A stretch of DNA of 48,391 nucleotides, from contig JAZRNU010000031.1 of the NCBI GenBank assembly GCA_045648325.1, positions 1 through 48,391 of the forward strand, in the 5' to 3' direction. Position numbers and translations under genes: made by a program. Each line of letters begins with the position of its first letter. Position 1 is the stretch's first letter. The notes below the pieces were generated by a model that made no database searches, had not been told where the DNA came from, and saw only the letters and a list, made by a program, of their open reading frames with translations. The stretch is from Eubacteriales bacterium (lineage in GTDB: Bacteria > Bacillota > Clostridia > Oscillospirales > RGIG5299). Shown here piece by piece: positions 27,193 to 36,279 of this stretch.

Positions 27193-29517
27193 ATGAAAAA
27201 GACCGCACGCGAGGCGGGCGCAGATCAGCGCACTCCCTCGATACCTCAATATTTTTCGTGGATAAACAACACAAACGAAGGCTCAACCGAAAAGCAAACC
27301 TTAATAAATCTCGACTTTTTTGGCTGGCTTAAGCGCACCTACGGCATGGAAATTAAAATCTATGCGTGGGACGCAGGCAACTTCGACGGAATAAGAGATG
27401 AATACGGCGACGTTTTGAGTGAAAAGTTCAAAAGCCAATATCCAAACGGCTTTGAGCCCATTGCAAAAAGGGCGGCGGAGCTTGGAATTCGCCTTGGCAT
27501 CTGGGGAGGCCCCGACGGCTTTGGCGATACCCCCGAATCGGAGAAAAAGCGCTATGATTTTATGGTTGACCTTTGCAAAAAATACAACTTCGCACTTCTT
27601 AAAATAGACGGCGTTTGCGGCGATCTTCGTCCCGAAAAGGCGGGCGTTTTTGCAAAAATGCTTGAAGATTGCAGAAAATACTGCCCCGATTTTGTAGTGC
27701 TTAATCACCGCCTTGAGCTTTACGAGGCAGAAAAGAAGGTTACCACCTCCCTTTGGCAGGGTGCTGAAACCTACGTTGACGTTCACAGCGCCAACACCGA
27801 AAGCTGTATGCACCATCGCGGCTTTATCTTTGACCGCGGACTCCCCGATGACCTTGACCGTCTGCTTGAGGACCACGGCGTTTGCATTTCCTCTGCCGTT
27901 GCCTATTTTGAGGACGATCTTATCTATCAGGCGTTTGGTCGCTCCTTTATTTTAGCGCCCGAAATCTACGGCAACCCATGGTTTATGAGAGATGACGAAT
28001 TTCCGCGTCTTGCCCGAGTTTATAACCTCCACCGCGCCGTGGCGCCCATTTTGGTTGACGGAATTGCCCTTCCGAAAAGCTACGGTCACACCGCCGTTTC
28101 ACGCGGAGAAAAGGACCACCGCTTTGTTACCACCGGCAACAATTCCTGGAAAACAAGAGAAATTACCATTAAATTAAACGAGGAGATCGGCATTGAAAGG
28201 ACCGATGAAAAGCTTGCTCTTATTTCGCGTCACCCTTACGAAAAGCTTATTGGCATTTACGGCTACGGCGACGAGGTAAAGGTTGATCTGCTTCCTTTCC
28301 GCGCCCATCTTTTTGAGATAGCAGCCTTGAAAAAGGCGCTTCCCGTAGTTGAAAACTGCGAATACGAGGTTATTTGTGAGGACGAAAAGGGCATTCCGAA
28401 GGAAATCAGGATGCTTTACTGCGAAGGCGCAGAGGTAACCCTTTTAAACGGCGGCCTGCGCAGTTCCTTTGGGAACTATGAAAAATGCGACCTGCGCGAA
28501 TTTGCCCCCGTTTTCCTCGGTAGCTTAAAGGAAACGGCAATGCCTCAAAATATTGAAAAGCTTTTTGAGGCGGCAATGTTTGCTCCCGATAACGATTCTC
28601 TTGAACGCCGCGAGCTAAAGCGTGCGGGAGAAACGAAGATACCCGAGGTAAAGGCAGCGCGTGACGCCTTCTTTAACCAGAAAAGCTACCTTGCGCGTGG
28701 ATGTGACAGCTCGGCGCTCTTTGACAATAATCCCGAAACCTTCTTTGACGGCTGCTCAAGAAGCTGTCTTGACAGAAAAGAGAGAGGTCAACGCATTGAA
28801 GGCGGCTGCTTAAGAGTTGATTTTGGCGAAATTTATAACGCCGACGAAATTGAGATCACCTGCTTTGCGGGTTATGAGGGACTGCCGCAGCTTTATCCCG
28901 AAAAGGGAAGCGTTTCAACCGATTTTGCAGACTGGAGGGACACCGAGCCTGCCGACGTTACCGTTATAAAAACGGGTGCTCTTTCTCCCGTTGCAACCCA
29001 GCATTACAGCTATATTAAGGGCGACATGGTAAAGGTTTGTTACAAAACCGCAAAAACGCCGCTTCGCTATTTCCGTCTGCCTTGCCCGATGGACCGCATA
29101 TATTCGGTAAGGCTTCTTGATAACGGAAAGGAAATTACCTTAAAATCTCCCACCGCAAATAACCTTATGCCGCCTTATTACGCCAAAAAGCCCGTTTTGG
29201 TAAAAGAGGCAGAGATAACTCTTCCCACCGTGCATAACGGAGATTATATTTCCGTAGCCATAAACGGCGAACACGGAAACGAGGGAGCTTACTGCGTTTT
29301 GGAGCTTGACGGCAATTTGAAGGGATTTCCCGAGCGCGGCCCCGCCTACACCACAAACGTGTGGGAATTCTGCGTTGAGCATCACGATAAAAACTACACC
29401 TACTACCTGCCGCTTACAGAGGATATGTCAGGCAAAAGGGTAAAAATTATCACAATGCTTTGCGATAAAGACAAAACAGAGGTAAACGCCGAGGTCTGGC
29501 TCTGCCCGAACCACTGA
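27193..29517 (+). CDS. large cytoplasmic protein of unknown function; possible (beta/alpha)8 glycosidase-like N-terminus plus beta-sandwich C-terminal domains
   Basis: 774 aa from the ATG at 27193 (GAAAGGAAG RBS; the track start is 27133). No signal peptide. YFSWINNTNEG...IKIYAWDAGNFDG loosely recalls GH27/36-type barrels. The functional call is weak. Confidence 0.35.
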   Translation: MKKTAREAGADQRTPSIPQYFSWINNTNEGSTEKQTLINLDFFGWLKRTYGMEIKIYAWDAGNFDGIRDEYGDVLSEKFKSQYPNGFEPIAKRAAELGIRLGIWGGPDGFGDTPESEKKRYDFMVDLCKKYNFALLKIDGVCGDLRPEKAGVFAKMLEDCRKYCPDFVVLNHRLELYEAEKKVTTSLWQGAETYVDVHSANTESCMHHRGFIFDRGLPDDLDRLLEDHGVCISSAVAYFEDDLIYQAFGRSFILAPEIYGNPWFMRDDEFPRLARVYNLHRAVAPILVDGIALPKSYGHTAVSRGEKDHRFVTTGNNSWKTREITIKLNEEIGIERTDEKLALISRHPYEKLIGIYGYGDEVKVDLLPFRAHLFEIAALKKALPVVENCEYEVICEDEKGIPKEIRMLYCEGAEVTLLNGGLRSSFGNYEKCDLREFAPVFLGSLKETAMPQNIEKLFEAAMFAPDNDSLERRELKRAGETKIPEVKAARDAFFNQKSYLARGCDSSALFDNNPETFFDGCSRSCLDRKERGQRIEGGCLRVDFGEIYNADEIEITCFAGYEGLPQLYPEKGSVSTDFADWRDTEPADVTVIKTGALSPVATQHYSYIKGDMVKVCYKTAKTPLRYFRLPCPMDRIYSVRLLDNGKEITLKSPTANNLMPPYYAKKPVLVKEAEITLPTVHNGDYISVAINGEHGNEGAYCVLELDGNLKGFPERGPAYTTNVWEFCVEHHDKNYTYYLPLTEDMSGKRVKIITMLCDKDKTEVNAEVWLCPNH

Positions 29518-29528
29518 TTTTATAAAAA

Positions 29529-29570
29529 CAAAACCCCCGTTCACGGTAAGTGAACGGGGGTTATATTTTT
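29529..29570. terminator. bidirectional intrinsic terminator between convergent genes
   Basis: Stem aaacccccgttcac / gtgaacgggggtt with loop ggtaa, with T-runs on both strands. Confidence 0.8.
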
Positions 29571-29573
29571 CGG

Positions 29574-31316
29574 TCAGGAAACGATGGGATATCCCGTGTT
29601 TGCATCCATAATGCTGTCAATATGTATTTCGCTTTCGGGAGTATTTACAAAATTTCCTTTTAATGCGGCGAATGAGGTGATGTTATAGAAGGTATCGCCA
29701 ATAAAGATTATGTTGCTGCAATTATTTCCCGCAACCTCAACGCAAGCGGCAATATCGCCCGCGAGATACTGCTTGTGAGAATTGAATCTGAAAACAACGT
29801 TTTTGGCGTTTGTGAGATACGCCTCGTATTTTTCGTTGCCTACAAACTGATTTCCGTGAATTACAATTTCATTGCCGGCAATTGCGGAAGCCTCGGGAGA
29901 ATTTAAAATCTGAATGCCGTAGGGGTGGTTTGTAATGGTGCAGAACTCAATAGATCCCTTATAGCTGTCAGTGATATACATACCCGTTCTGTTTACAGCC
30001 TTGCCGACGTCTCCTTCGTCGGTATAGGAAAGTCCCGCGTTGGATGCACACCAGAGATTTTTGAAGTTAAAATCATAGCAGTTTTTCATATAAATTGCAT
30101 AGAGGTTTTCTCCGTACGGGAAAGTGGTGCCCGACTTTCTGTTATATCCAAGGTCAAAGCCAAGGGCGTTTAAGTTGATATCGGAGCAGTTCTCAAGGGT
30201 CATATCGGTTCCGAAGCCCCAAACCGACGAGCTGTTTATAAGGTTAAGCCCCGTGCAGCTTGTAGCAATGAGAAAGTTCTTGTTGGTGGTGGAAAGCGAA
30301 GCGCTGAAGTTGATGTTTGAGCAGTTTGTAAAGGTAAATACATCAAGGTTTGCCGTTGCATAAAAGAACTCGACGTTGATATCGTTTGAATTATTGACAA
30401 CAACCGCCTGCTTAAAGCCGTAAACCAGAACGGAGGAGATCTTTATCTTTCCGCCGTCAAGCTTTAAAAAGCCCGAAAACATGGCGTTACCCGCCTCGGC
30501 GACCTTTAAATCGTAAAAGCCAACCTTGGTGCCATTTCCGCTGAAATAGGTTATGCCGCCCTGTCCGGTTACTATATCGGTGCGGGTCTTTCCGCTTCCT
30601 ATAAAGTCGATCTCGCCGTTTTCGGGAAGGGTGATCGCTTTGGTAATTTCATACATGCCTGTTGAGAAATAAAGCTTTGTTGCAACGTTTAACGCCGCCT
30701 GAATTGCATCGGAATCGCAGATGTGATCGTTTGTCCTTGCACCAAACCACTCGGGTCTTGCGGCAAAGGAAGCTGCGGCGTCGGGATTTTGGGGGTTTTC
30801 AATAAGTGAGAGATTTGAAACTGCACCCGAGAAAATTCTGTTGTTGCCCGCAATTATCTTTGCGCCGTTTTCAAAGTAGATGTAGGCGCTGTTGCCGAGG
30901 ATAATTTTGCCTTCTCCTCTGAATTCAAGAATAACGTTTGCGGGGACGAGAATTGATTCCTCAATTTTAACGGCGGAGGATATTACGAAAACACCCTCGC
31001 TGTAAACGGCGGCAAGGCTTATGCCTTCTCTTAACGCCGCGCTGTCGTCGGTTATGCCGTCGCCTGCAAGATAAACCGATTTATCGGTAATAACGGTTGC
31101 AGATGCGGGAGCCTTCGCTACAAGCTCGGTGGGAGCTGCCGAAAGAAGGGGCATTGAAGCGGCAATGTTATTATAAAGAGAAATTGCCTCGCTTTCGCCC
31201 TTTAAAATTTCAATTCCGTTTACGGTGGTAGTCTGTGAGCTTGCGCAGCCTGCGGCAACGCCGAGGACCAAAACTACCGAAATTATTAAAGAAATTGCTT
31301 TTAAAATATTTTTCAT
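29574..31316 (-). CDS. lipoprotein with right-handed parallel beta-helix (pectate-lyase-superfamily/tailspike-like) domains
   Basis: Lipobox LGVAAGC. Two copies of the beta-helix N-cap motif (YLAGDGITDDSAALREGI and RPEWFGARTNDHICDSDAIQAAL). Repetitive N/G/S-rich beta-helix rungs. Confidence 0.65.
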   Translation of the reverse strand: MKNILKAISLIISVVLVLGVAAGCASSQTTTVNGIEILKGESEAISLYNNIAASMPLLSAAPTELVAKAPASATVITDKSVYLAGDGITDDSAALREGISLAAVYSEGVFVISSAVKIEESILVPANVILEFRGEGKIILGNSAYIYFENGAKIIAGNNRIFSGAVSNLSLIENPQNPDAAASFAARPEWFGARTNDHICDSDAIQAALNVATKLYFSTGMYEITKAITLPENGEIDFIGSGKTRTDIVTGQGGITYFSGNGTKVGFYDLKVAEAGNAMFSGFLKLDGGKIKISSVLVYGFKQAVVVNNSNDINVEFFYATANLDVFTFTNCSNINFSASLSTTNKNFLIATSCTGLNLINSSSVWGFGTDMTLENCSDINLNALGFDLGYNRKSGTTFPYGENLYAIYMKNCYDFNFKNLWCASNAGLSYTDEGDVGKAVNRTGMYITDSYKGSIEFCTITNHPYGIQILNSPEASAIAGNEIVIHGNQFVGNEKYEAYLTNAKNVVFRFNSHKQYLAGDIAACVEVAGNNCSNIIFIGDTFYNITSFAALKGNFVNTPESEIHIDSIMDANTGYPIVS

Positions 31317-31334
31317 AGTGTCAATCCTCCTTTA

Positions 31335-34300
31335 TCAGTTAACGCCGTAGGCGTTTGCGCCTACAAGACCGCTTAAAATCTGTGCATCGTGCTCTATCAT
31401 CTTGTCGGTTCCCGCGCCGTTAAATCTGTTCTGACAAATCATTGTGCCGTTGTTGTTTGTGCCCGAAATTCCGGTGCTGCAGCCCTCAACGGCGTTTGCT
31501 ATTATCTTTGCATCGTTTAAGTTGGTAAGCTTAATGCCGAGCATACAGTTTGAAATGAGGTTGTTATTTAGGTAAGAGGCTGAACTGGAAACAAGAGGAT
31601 TTTTGCTAAGGGCAATACCCGTGCTGAAGCCGCTTACCTGATTGCCTGTAACCGTTTCTCTGCCGGTTGAGGTTTCAAGGTAGATGCCGTAGGAGCCTCC
31701 TCCGTCGGAGGAAATAACGTTATTGTCAATTCTTGAATCGTAGCAATTTACAAAATGAATGCCGTTTCCGGAAACGGAGTGGAAGTTGCAGTTTATAACG
31801 AAGGTGGTCTGGTTTCTCGTTATGTAAACGCTTGCTATCGTCATTCTCTTGGTTTCGCAATTTGTAATCTGAATACCGTTTGCAACGCCGTTGGTTTCAG
31901 GCTGATCGCAATAGACGAAATAACCCGAGTCGTATGCCTTACAGTTTCTCATATAAAGGAACATTGAATACTGACCAACGTCTATGCAGGTGCCTACGTT
32001 ATTGAAGATAAGTCCTTCTGAAACGCAACCGCCCGAAAATTCGTAGAAGATACCCTTGTTAAGATCCTCAAACTCGCAGTTTAAGGTGTCGAAACGGCTG
32101 TAGGCGTTGTGCTTGCCGTAAAAAGCAAGAGCGGTATTGTTGGATTTTGATGCGCCCTTGAATTTAACGTTTTCAACGTGTACGCAGTAGCCCGAGCCCA
32201 AATCATCTCTTACCGTAAATGCGGTGATGCCTGCGGCAACGTTGATAACCGAGGTCTTTTCCTCCGATTCGCCAAGGAGAACGAACCAATAGGGAACGGT
32301 AACCGCGGTCTTTATATCGTAGCTTCCGCTTGAAAGCAAGACGGGAAGACCGAAATGGGCCGCAACGTTAAATGCCGAAGCGTCGTCGGTGTTATCGTTT
32401 ACCTTTGCGCCGAACCACTCGGGTCTGACAAAAGCCATATTTACAAAGTTGTTACCGTAGGAGGTGGGATTTAAGTAAAGAATGCAATGGTCGTTATCGG
32501 AAACGATGTTTTTGCAGTTGAATACGGGGGTTGTTCCGTAGCCGCAGTAGAGAGAGGAGTCTTCGTCGAAGATAAGAGTTACGTTTGCGGGGAAGGTAAC
32601 GCTTCCGTTAAGACCGTAAACGCCGCCCTTGAAATAGAAAGCGTATTCCTTTGTTGCATCGAGAGAGGAAAGGAGCGAATTGAGGGCAGCTGCGTTTGCG
32701 GTGGCCGAGGTTGAAGCCGCCGAGGTGGAAGCTGCTGCGGTGAGTACGGTGGACATATCAATATAGTTGTTTCCGAGCGACTCGTCGATGTCGGGAAGAA
32801 TTACGTCGGTTGCGGGAGAGCTTGAGGCAAGACGCTGAACGTAGTTTACGCTTCTTGAAAGGCTGTTGGTATAAACGGTGGTGCCGTCGGCATAGGTTAT
32901 ATAACCGACAACGAGGAAGTTTCTTGAAAGCTTATCGGAGGGAATGCCAAGCAAAACTGCGGTAAACTGAACGTAATCCGTTGTTTGTGCAAAGAACTTT
33001 TCGGCAACTATCTTTAAGTAGGAAACGCCCTGGGGCTTTGCACTGCTTACTATCTTGCCGCTTTCGGTAAGACGGAGATCCGAGGGATCGTCAACGAGGT
33101 CGTTGGGAATAATAAGTGCGCCGAATTCCTTTATTGCAACGGATTCGCCGTTCTTTTTCTTTGCAACCTCAATGAGGAAGCGAAGACCCTGCTCGGTATT
33201 TCCGGAGGCCTTGCGGAAGGATGCTCCAACAATATAGCCTGCGCGGGAGCCGGTGTCGGCCTCTTCGGAGAAGACAACGGCATCAAAGCCGTTTATCTTT
33301 GAAACGGTTGCTTTTGAGCCTGCCGCCTCGGTGCTCATTCCCGCAAAGGTAAGATAAGCCTGACCGTTTACGTCAACAACAGCCGAAAGATCAAGCTCAA
33401 CTGCCGAGCCGTTATAAACAAGCGGCTTATTGTTTAGCCTTACGGAGTATTTTCCGTTATCGTTTTTAATAAACTTTATCTCGCAGGTGGAGTTTTCAAG
33501 AATTTTGTTATCCATAACAAGCTCGGAGATGCAGGCGGTAATAACGTCGAGATACGCGCCGCTTCCGCTGAAGGTAAAGCCTATTGTGGAGCTTTTATCA
33601 GAGTTGGGACCGTGCTTTTCGCCCACAACCGAGGGGGCAAAGGCGGTGGGCTTTGAGGCGGAAAGGAAAATGCCGAAATAGCTTGCGTTTGCAACAGATG
33701 TCTTTGAGGCTTTAAAGGCAACGGTAAGACCGTTTACAGTAACCTTATCTTCCATTGCGGTTCCTGCCATGGGGGTGTTTCCCTTTGAATAATCAAAGGA
33801 AAATACCTTTCCGTTATTTACAACGGTACCGCTGTTGTCGGCGTTTGAGGGGGTAAGAGTATTAACGTTTGAAACGTTGTTATCCTCGTCCGAGCCGTCG
33901 TTTTCCTTGTAGAAGCCGTCAAATTCGGAAACCGCAACGCCGTTTACCTTTTTAACCGTCATATCGTAGGTCCTGTCGTCTCCGTAGGAGTCGGCAGCAA
34001 AGGAAAGATAGGTCTTTCCGTCTGCAAATACTGAGGCGGCGCCCGTCATGGTGTTAAGAAGAGTTTTCGAGCCACCCGATTTGGTGTAGTAAACCAAAAC
34101 GTTATTGCCCGAAAGCTCAAACGAGAAGGTTACCTCCTCACCGGGGGTGAAGGTCACGCCGGAAACGGGAGCCTTGTTCGAGGTGGAAACGCCGTTTAGT
34201 GTGGGATAAACGACTATCTTGCCCTCGGTCTTGCTCATAAAGAACTTTAGGGAAATACCGTTATCGTAAAAAACCTTTGATGCGTAGCCGTGGCCCGAAA

Positions 34301-34742
34301 GAACGGATTTATCAGCCGAAAGGTTGATGCTGTGACCGTAAACGGGAGCGTGGCCGTAGCCGCTGTCGGCGCAAGACTCGTTGAGACCGCCCGTTGCAGT
34401 GGCTGTATCCTTTACCATATTTCCTATAACTACCGTGGTGGTTACGGAGTTTGCCGAAGTAAACGGTATCTGCTTGGTGGTGGAAAGCGCCATACCCGAA
34501 TATACGTCGGAGCGGACAAGGAAGCTGCCGTCTGCCGCAATGCCGTAATCGGTATGGACAAACTGTCTACCTGCCACACTCGGATTCGCGGCGCAAATGC
34601 CCTTTACGTCGCTCATTGCCTGAAATTCCCAGCCGTCGGGCAGTGCGTCTGCCGCCGCTGCGGGAATTGCTACCGTTACCGAAGCGGTTACGATAAGCGC
34701 TACGGCAATAAAAACGGATAAGATTCGTTTGATTGAATTCAT
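31335..34742 (-). CDS. large secreted multidomain protein: two lectin/ConA-like modules, a central beta-sandwich region and a C-terminal parallel beta-helix
   Basis: ATG at 34742 after a GGGAGGA RBS (the track start is 34760). Signal peptide ...VAIPAAAADA. Internal duplication (..KTYLSFAADS..VKKVNGV vs ..QAYLTFAGMS..VSKINGF). The C-terminus carries RPEWFGAKVNDNTDDASAFNVAA, paralogous to the downstream gene. Confidence 0.65.
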   Translation of the reverse strand: MNSIKRILSVFIAVALIVTASVTVAIPAAAADALPDGWEFQAMSDVKGICAANPSVAGRQFVHTDYGIAADGSFLVRSDVYSGMALSTTKQIPFTSANSVTTTVVIGNMVKDTATATGGLNESCADSGYGHAPVYGHSINLSADKSVLSGHGYASKVFYDNGISLKFFMSKTEGKIVVYPTLNGVSTSNKAPVSGVTFTPGEEVTFSFELSGNNVLVYYTKSGGSKTLLNTMTGAASVFADGKTYLSFAADSYGDDRTYDMTVKKVNGVAVSEFDGFYKENDGSDEDNNVSNVNTLTPSNADNSGTVVNNGKVFSFDYSKGNTPMAGTAMEDKVTVNGLTVAFKASKTSVANASYFGIFLSASKPTAFAPSVVGEKHGPNSDKSSTIGFTFSGSGAYLDVITACISELVMDNKILENSTCEIKFIKNDNGKYSVRLNNKPLVYNGSAVELDLSAVVDVNGQAYLTFAGMSTEAAGSKATVSKINGFDAVVFSEEADTGSRAGYIVGASFRKASGNTEQGLRFLIEVAKKKNGESVAIKEFGALIIPNDLVDDPSDLRLTESGKIVSSAKPQGVSYLKIVAEKFFAQTTDYVQFTAVLLGIPSDKLSRNFLVVGYITYADGTTVYTNSLSRSVNYVQRLASSSPATDVILPDIDESLGNNYIDMSTVLTAAASTSAASTSATANAAALNSLLSSLDATKEYAFYFKGGVYGLNGSVTFPANVTLIFDEDSSLYCGYGTTPVFNCKNIVSDNDHCILYLNPTSYGNNFVNMAFVRPEWFGAKVNDNTDDASAFNVAAHFGLPVLLSSGSYDIKTAVTVPYWFVLLGESEEKTSVINVAAGITAFTVRDDLGSGYCVHVENVKFKGASKSNNTALAFYGKHNAYSRFDTLNCEFEDLNKGIFYEFSGGCVSEGLIFNNVGTCIDVGQYSMFLYMRNCKAYDSGYFVYCDQPETNGVANGIQITNCETKRMTIASVYITRNQTTFVINCNFHSVSGNGIHFVNCYDSRIDNNVISSDGGGSYGIYLETSTGRETVTGNQVSGFSTGIALSKNPLVSSSASYLNNNLISNCMLGIKLTNLNDAKIIANAVEGCSTGISGTNNNGTMICQNRFNGAGTDKMIEHDAQILSGLVGANAYGVN

Positions 34743-34884
34743 AAGGAATCCTCCCAACAATGTATTATAAAACTATTATATATTATTTAATATAATTAGT
34801 CAATATAAATTGCCCGTTTTGGACCGCAAAAGGGGAGGAGTTAAAAATTTTTGGAAAAATTTTTAAAAAACCTTAAAAAACCTA

Positions 34885-34913
34885 TTGACAAAAAGGAAAA
34901 AAGGCTGTATAAT
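34885..34913 (+). promoter_or_regulatory. consensus sigma-A promoter of the Fur-family/rubrerythrin cluster
   Basis: TTGACA (34885-34890), a 17-nt spacer, then TATAAT (34908-34913) preceded by TG. Confidence 0.7.
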
Positions 34914-34920
34914 TATCTCA

Positions 34921-34943
34921 AAAGTGATAATGATTATCACTTT
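34921..34943. promoter_or_regulatory. Fur-family operator (perfect 7-1-7 box)
   Basis: aaagTGATAATGATTATCActtt is a 23-bp perfect palindrome. Its core, 34925-34939, equals the classical 7-1-7 Fur box TGATAATnATTATCA. It starts 8 nt downstream of the -10. Confidence 0.8.
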
Positions 34944-34963
34944 TTAAGGAAAGGTGATGATGA

Positions 34964-35347
34964 GTGAACTATTCTTACCAACGAGAAACGGTGCTTACCG
35001 ATCTCAAAACAAGGTGTGATCACCCCACCGCGGCAGAGGTTTACGAAACGGTGAGAGAAAAAATACCGAACATCTCACTTGCAACCGTTTATCGGAATCT
35101 CACGGCGCTTTGTAAAAACGGAGATATAATCAGCTTTTACTTAAACGGCACCGAGCATTTCGACGGAAACGTAAACTCTCACCTCCACTTCACCTGTGAG
35201 GATTGCGGCAGAATCTACGACGTATTTTCAAGTCTTGATTCCGACGTGCTTATGCAGGTAAACAAAGCGTTACCCGACGTTTTGATAAAACGCGTAAACG
35301 TTCTCATTTCAGGGCGTTGTGAAAAATGTAAATTAAAAACAAATTAA
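34964..35347 (+). CDS. Fur-family metalloregulator (PerR-like by gene context)
   Basis: 127 aa, GTG start. Winged-helix region (ISLATVYRNLTAL), HLHFTC, and two CxxC pairs (CEDCGRIYDV ... CEKCK). Confidence 0.85.
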   Translation: MNYSYQRETVLTDLKTRCDHPTAAEVYETVREKIPNISLATVYRNLTALCKNGDIISFYLNGTEHFDGNVNSHLHFTCEDCGRIYDVFSSLDSDVLMQVNKALPDVLIKRVNVLISGRCEKCKLKTN

Positions 35348-35380
35348 AAATTTTTATTAACTGAAAGGAAATTGATTATT

Positions 35381-35926
35381 ATGGCAAAGTTTGTATGCAA
35401 AATCTGCGGATACGTTCACGAGGGAGAGGCAGCACCTGAAAAGTGCCCCATCTGCAAAGCACCCGCTGATAAATTTGACAAAATGGCAGAGGAAATGGTT
35501 TGGGCTGACGAGCACAGAGTTGGCGTTGCAAAGGGTCTTGATGAAGAGGTTGTTATGGGTCTTCGCGCTAACTTCGAGGGCGAGTGCAGCGAGGTTGGTA
35601 TGTATCTTGCAATGGCAAGAGTTGCAGACCGCGAGGGTTATCCCGACGTAGCAGAGGCATTCCGCCGCTATGCATTTGACGAGGCAGAGCATGCTGCTAA
35701 ATTTGCAGAGCTTTTGGGCGAGGTTCTCACCGATTCTACCGAGAAAAACCTCAAAATGCGCTTCGAGGCAGAGTACGGCGCTTGCGACGGCAAGAAGAAG
35801 CTTGCAGTAAGAGCTAAAGAGCTTGGCTACGATGCTATCCACGACACCGTACACGAGATGTGCAAGGACGAGGCTCGTCACGGCAAGGGCTTCCTTGGTC
35901 TTTACAACAGATATTTCGGCAAATAA
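35381..35926 (+). CDS. reverse rubrerythrin (N-terminal rubredoxin-like domain plus a ferritin-like di-iron domain)
   Basis: [15 protein letters not shown]...CPICKAP, followed by ExxH di-iron motifs ([29 protein letters not shown]). The domain order is reversed relative to classical rubrerythrin. Confidence 0.88.
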   Translation: MAKFVCKICGYVHEGEAAPEKCPICKAPADKFDKMAEEMVWADEHRVGVAKGLDEEVVMGLRANFEGECSEVGMYLAMARVADREGYPDVAEAFRRYAFDEAEHAAKFAELLGEVLTDSTEKNLKMRFEAEYGACDGKKKLAVRAKELGYDAIHDTVHEMCKDEARHGKGFLGLYNRYFGK

Positions 35927-35958
35927 TTAACTTATAAACTGACAAGGAGATAATAAAA

Positions 35959-36153
35959 ATGGAAAATTACACCGTTTGCAACTGTATGCAGGTAAGCTAC
36001 AACGATATAGTTGACGCACTTCATTCAAACAAGAAATTCGACGACGTTTTAAACGCCTTTGACGACGTTCAGAAGATAACGAAATGCTCCACCGGTTGCG
36101 GCGGTTGCTACCATAAGGTTTTGGATATTATCTCCGAAGAAATGATGAGATAA
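35959..36153 (+). CDS. BFD-like [2Fe-2S]-binding domain protein
   Basis: 64 aa with a C-x-C ... C-x3-C-x2-C Cys cluster (CNCMQVSY...CSTGCGGC). AAGGAG RBS. Confidence 0.75.
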   Translation: MENYTVCNCMQVSYNDIVDALHSNKKFDDVLNAFDDVQKITKCSTGCGGCYHKVLDIISEEMMR

Positions 36154-36165
36154 CAAAAGATAACG

Positions 36166-36206
36166 AAAAAGCGGCTTGAGTAATTCAAGCCGCTTTTGAT
36201 TTTTTT
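36166..36206 (+). terminator. intrinsic terminator
   Basis: Stem gcggcttga / tcaagccgc with loop gtaat, then TTTTGATTTTTTT. Confidence 0.8.
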
Positions 36207-36279
36207 AAAGGAGCGCGCTACCCCCATTGAAAAAAATTTAACTTGCAATAATTTGAAAAATATCGTATAATTATATATT

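Noticed and set aside
32693-32745. Short tandem DNA repeat (gccgaggtNgaagc, two copies) inside the large beta-helix gene.
   Set aside because: It only encodes an Ala/Ser/Thr interdomain linker (AASTSAASTSA). Two copies are too few to suggest phase variation.
35357-35881. 174-aa minus-strand ORF covering the rubrerythrin locus.
   Set aside because: The plus-strand frame encodes rubredoxin CxxC pairs and ExxH di-iron motifs. The antisense product is Cys/Leu/Ala-rich with no recognisable features.
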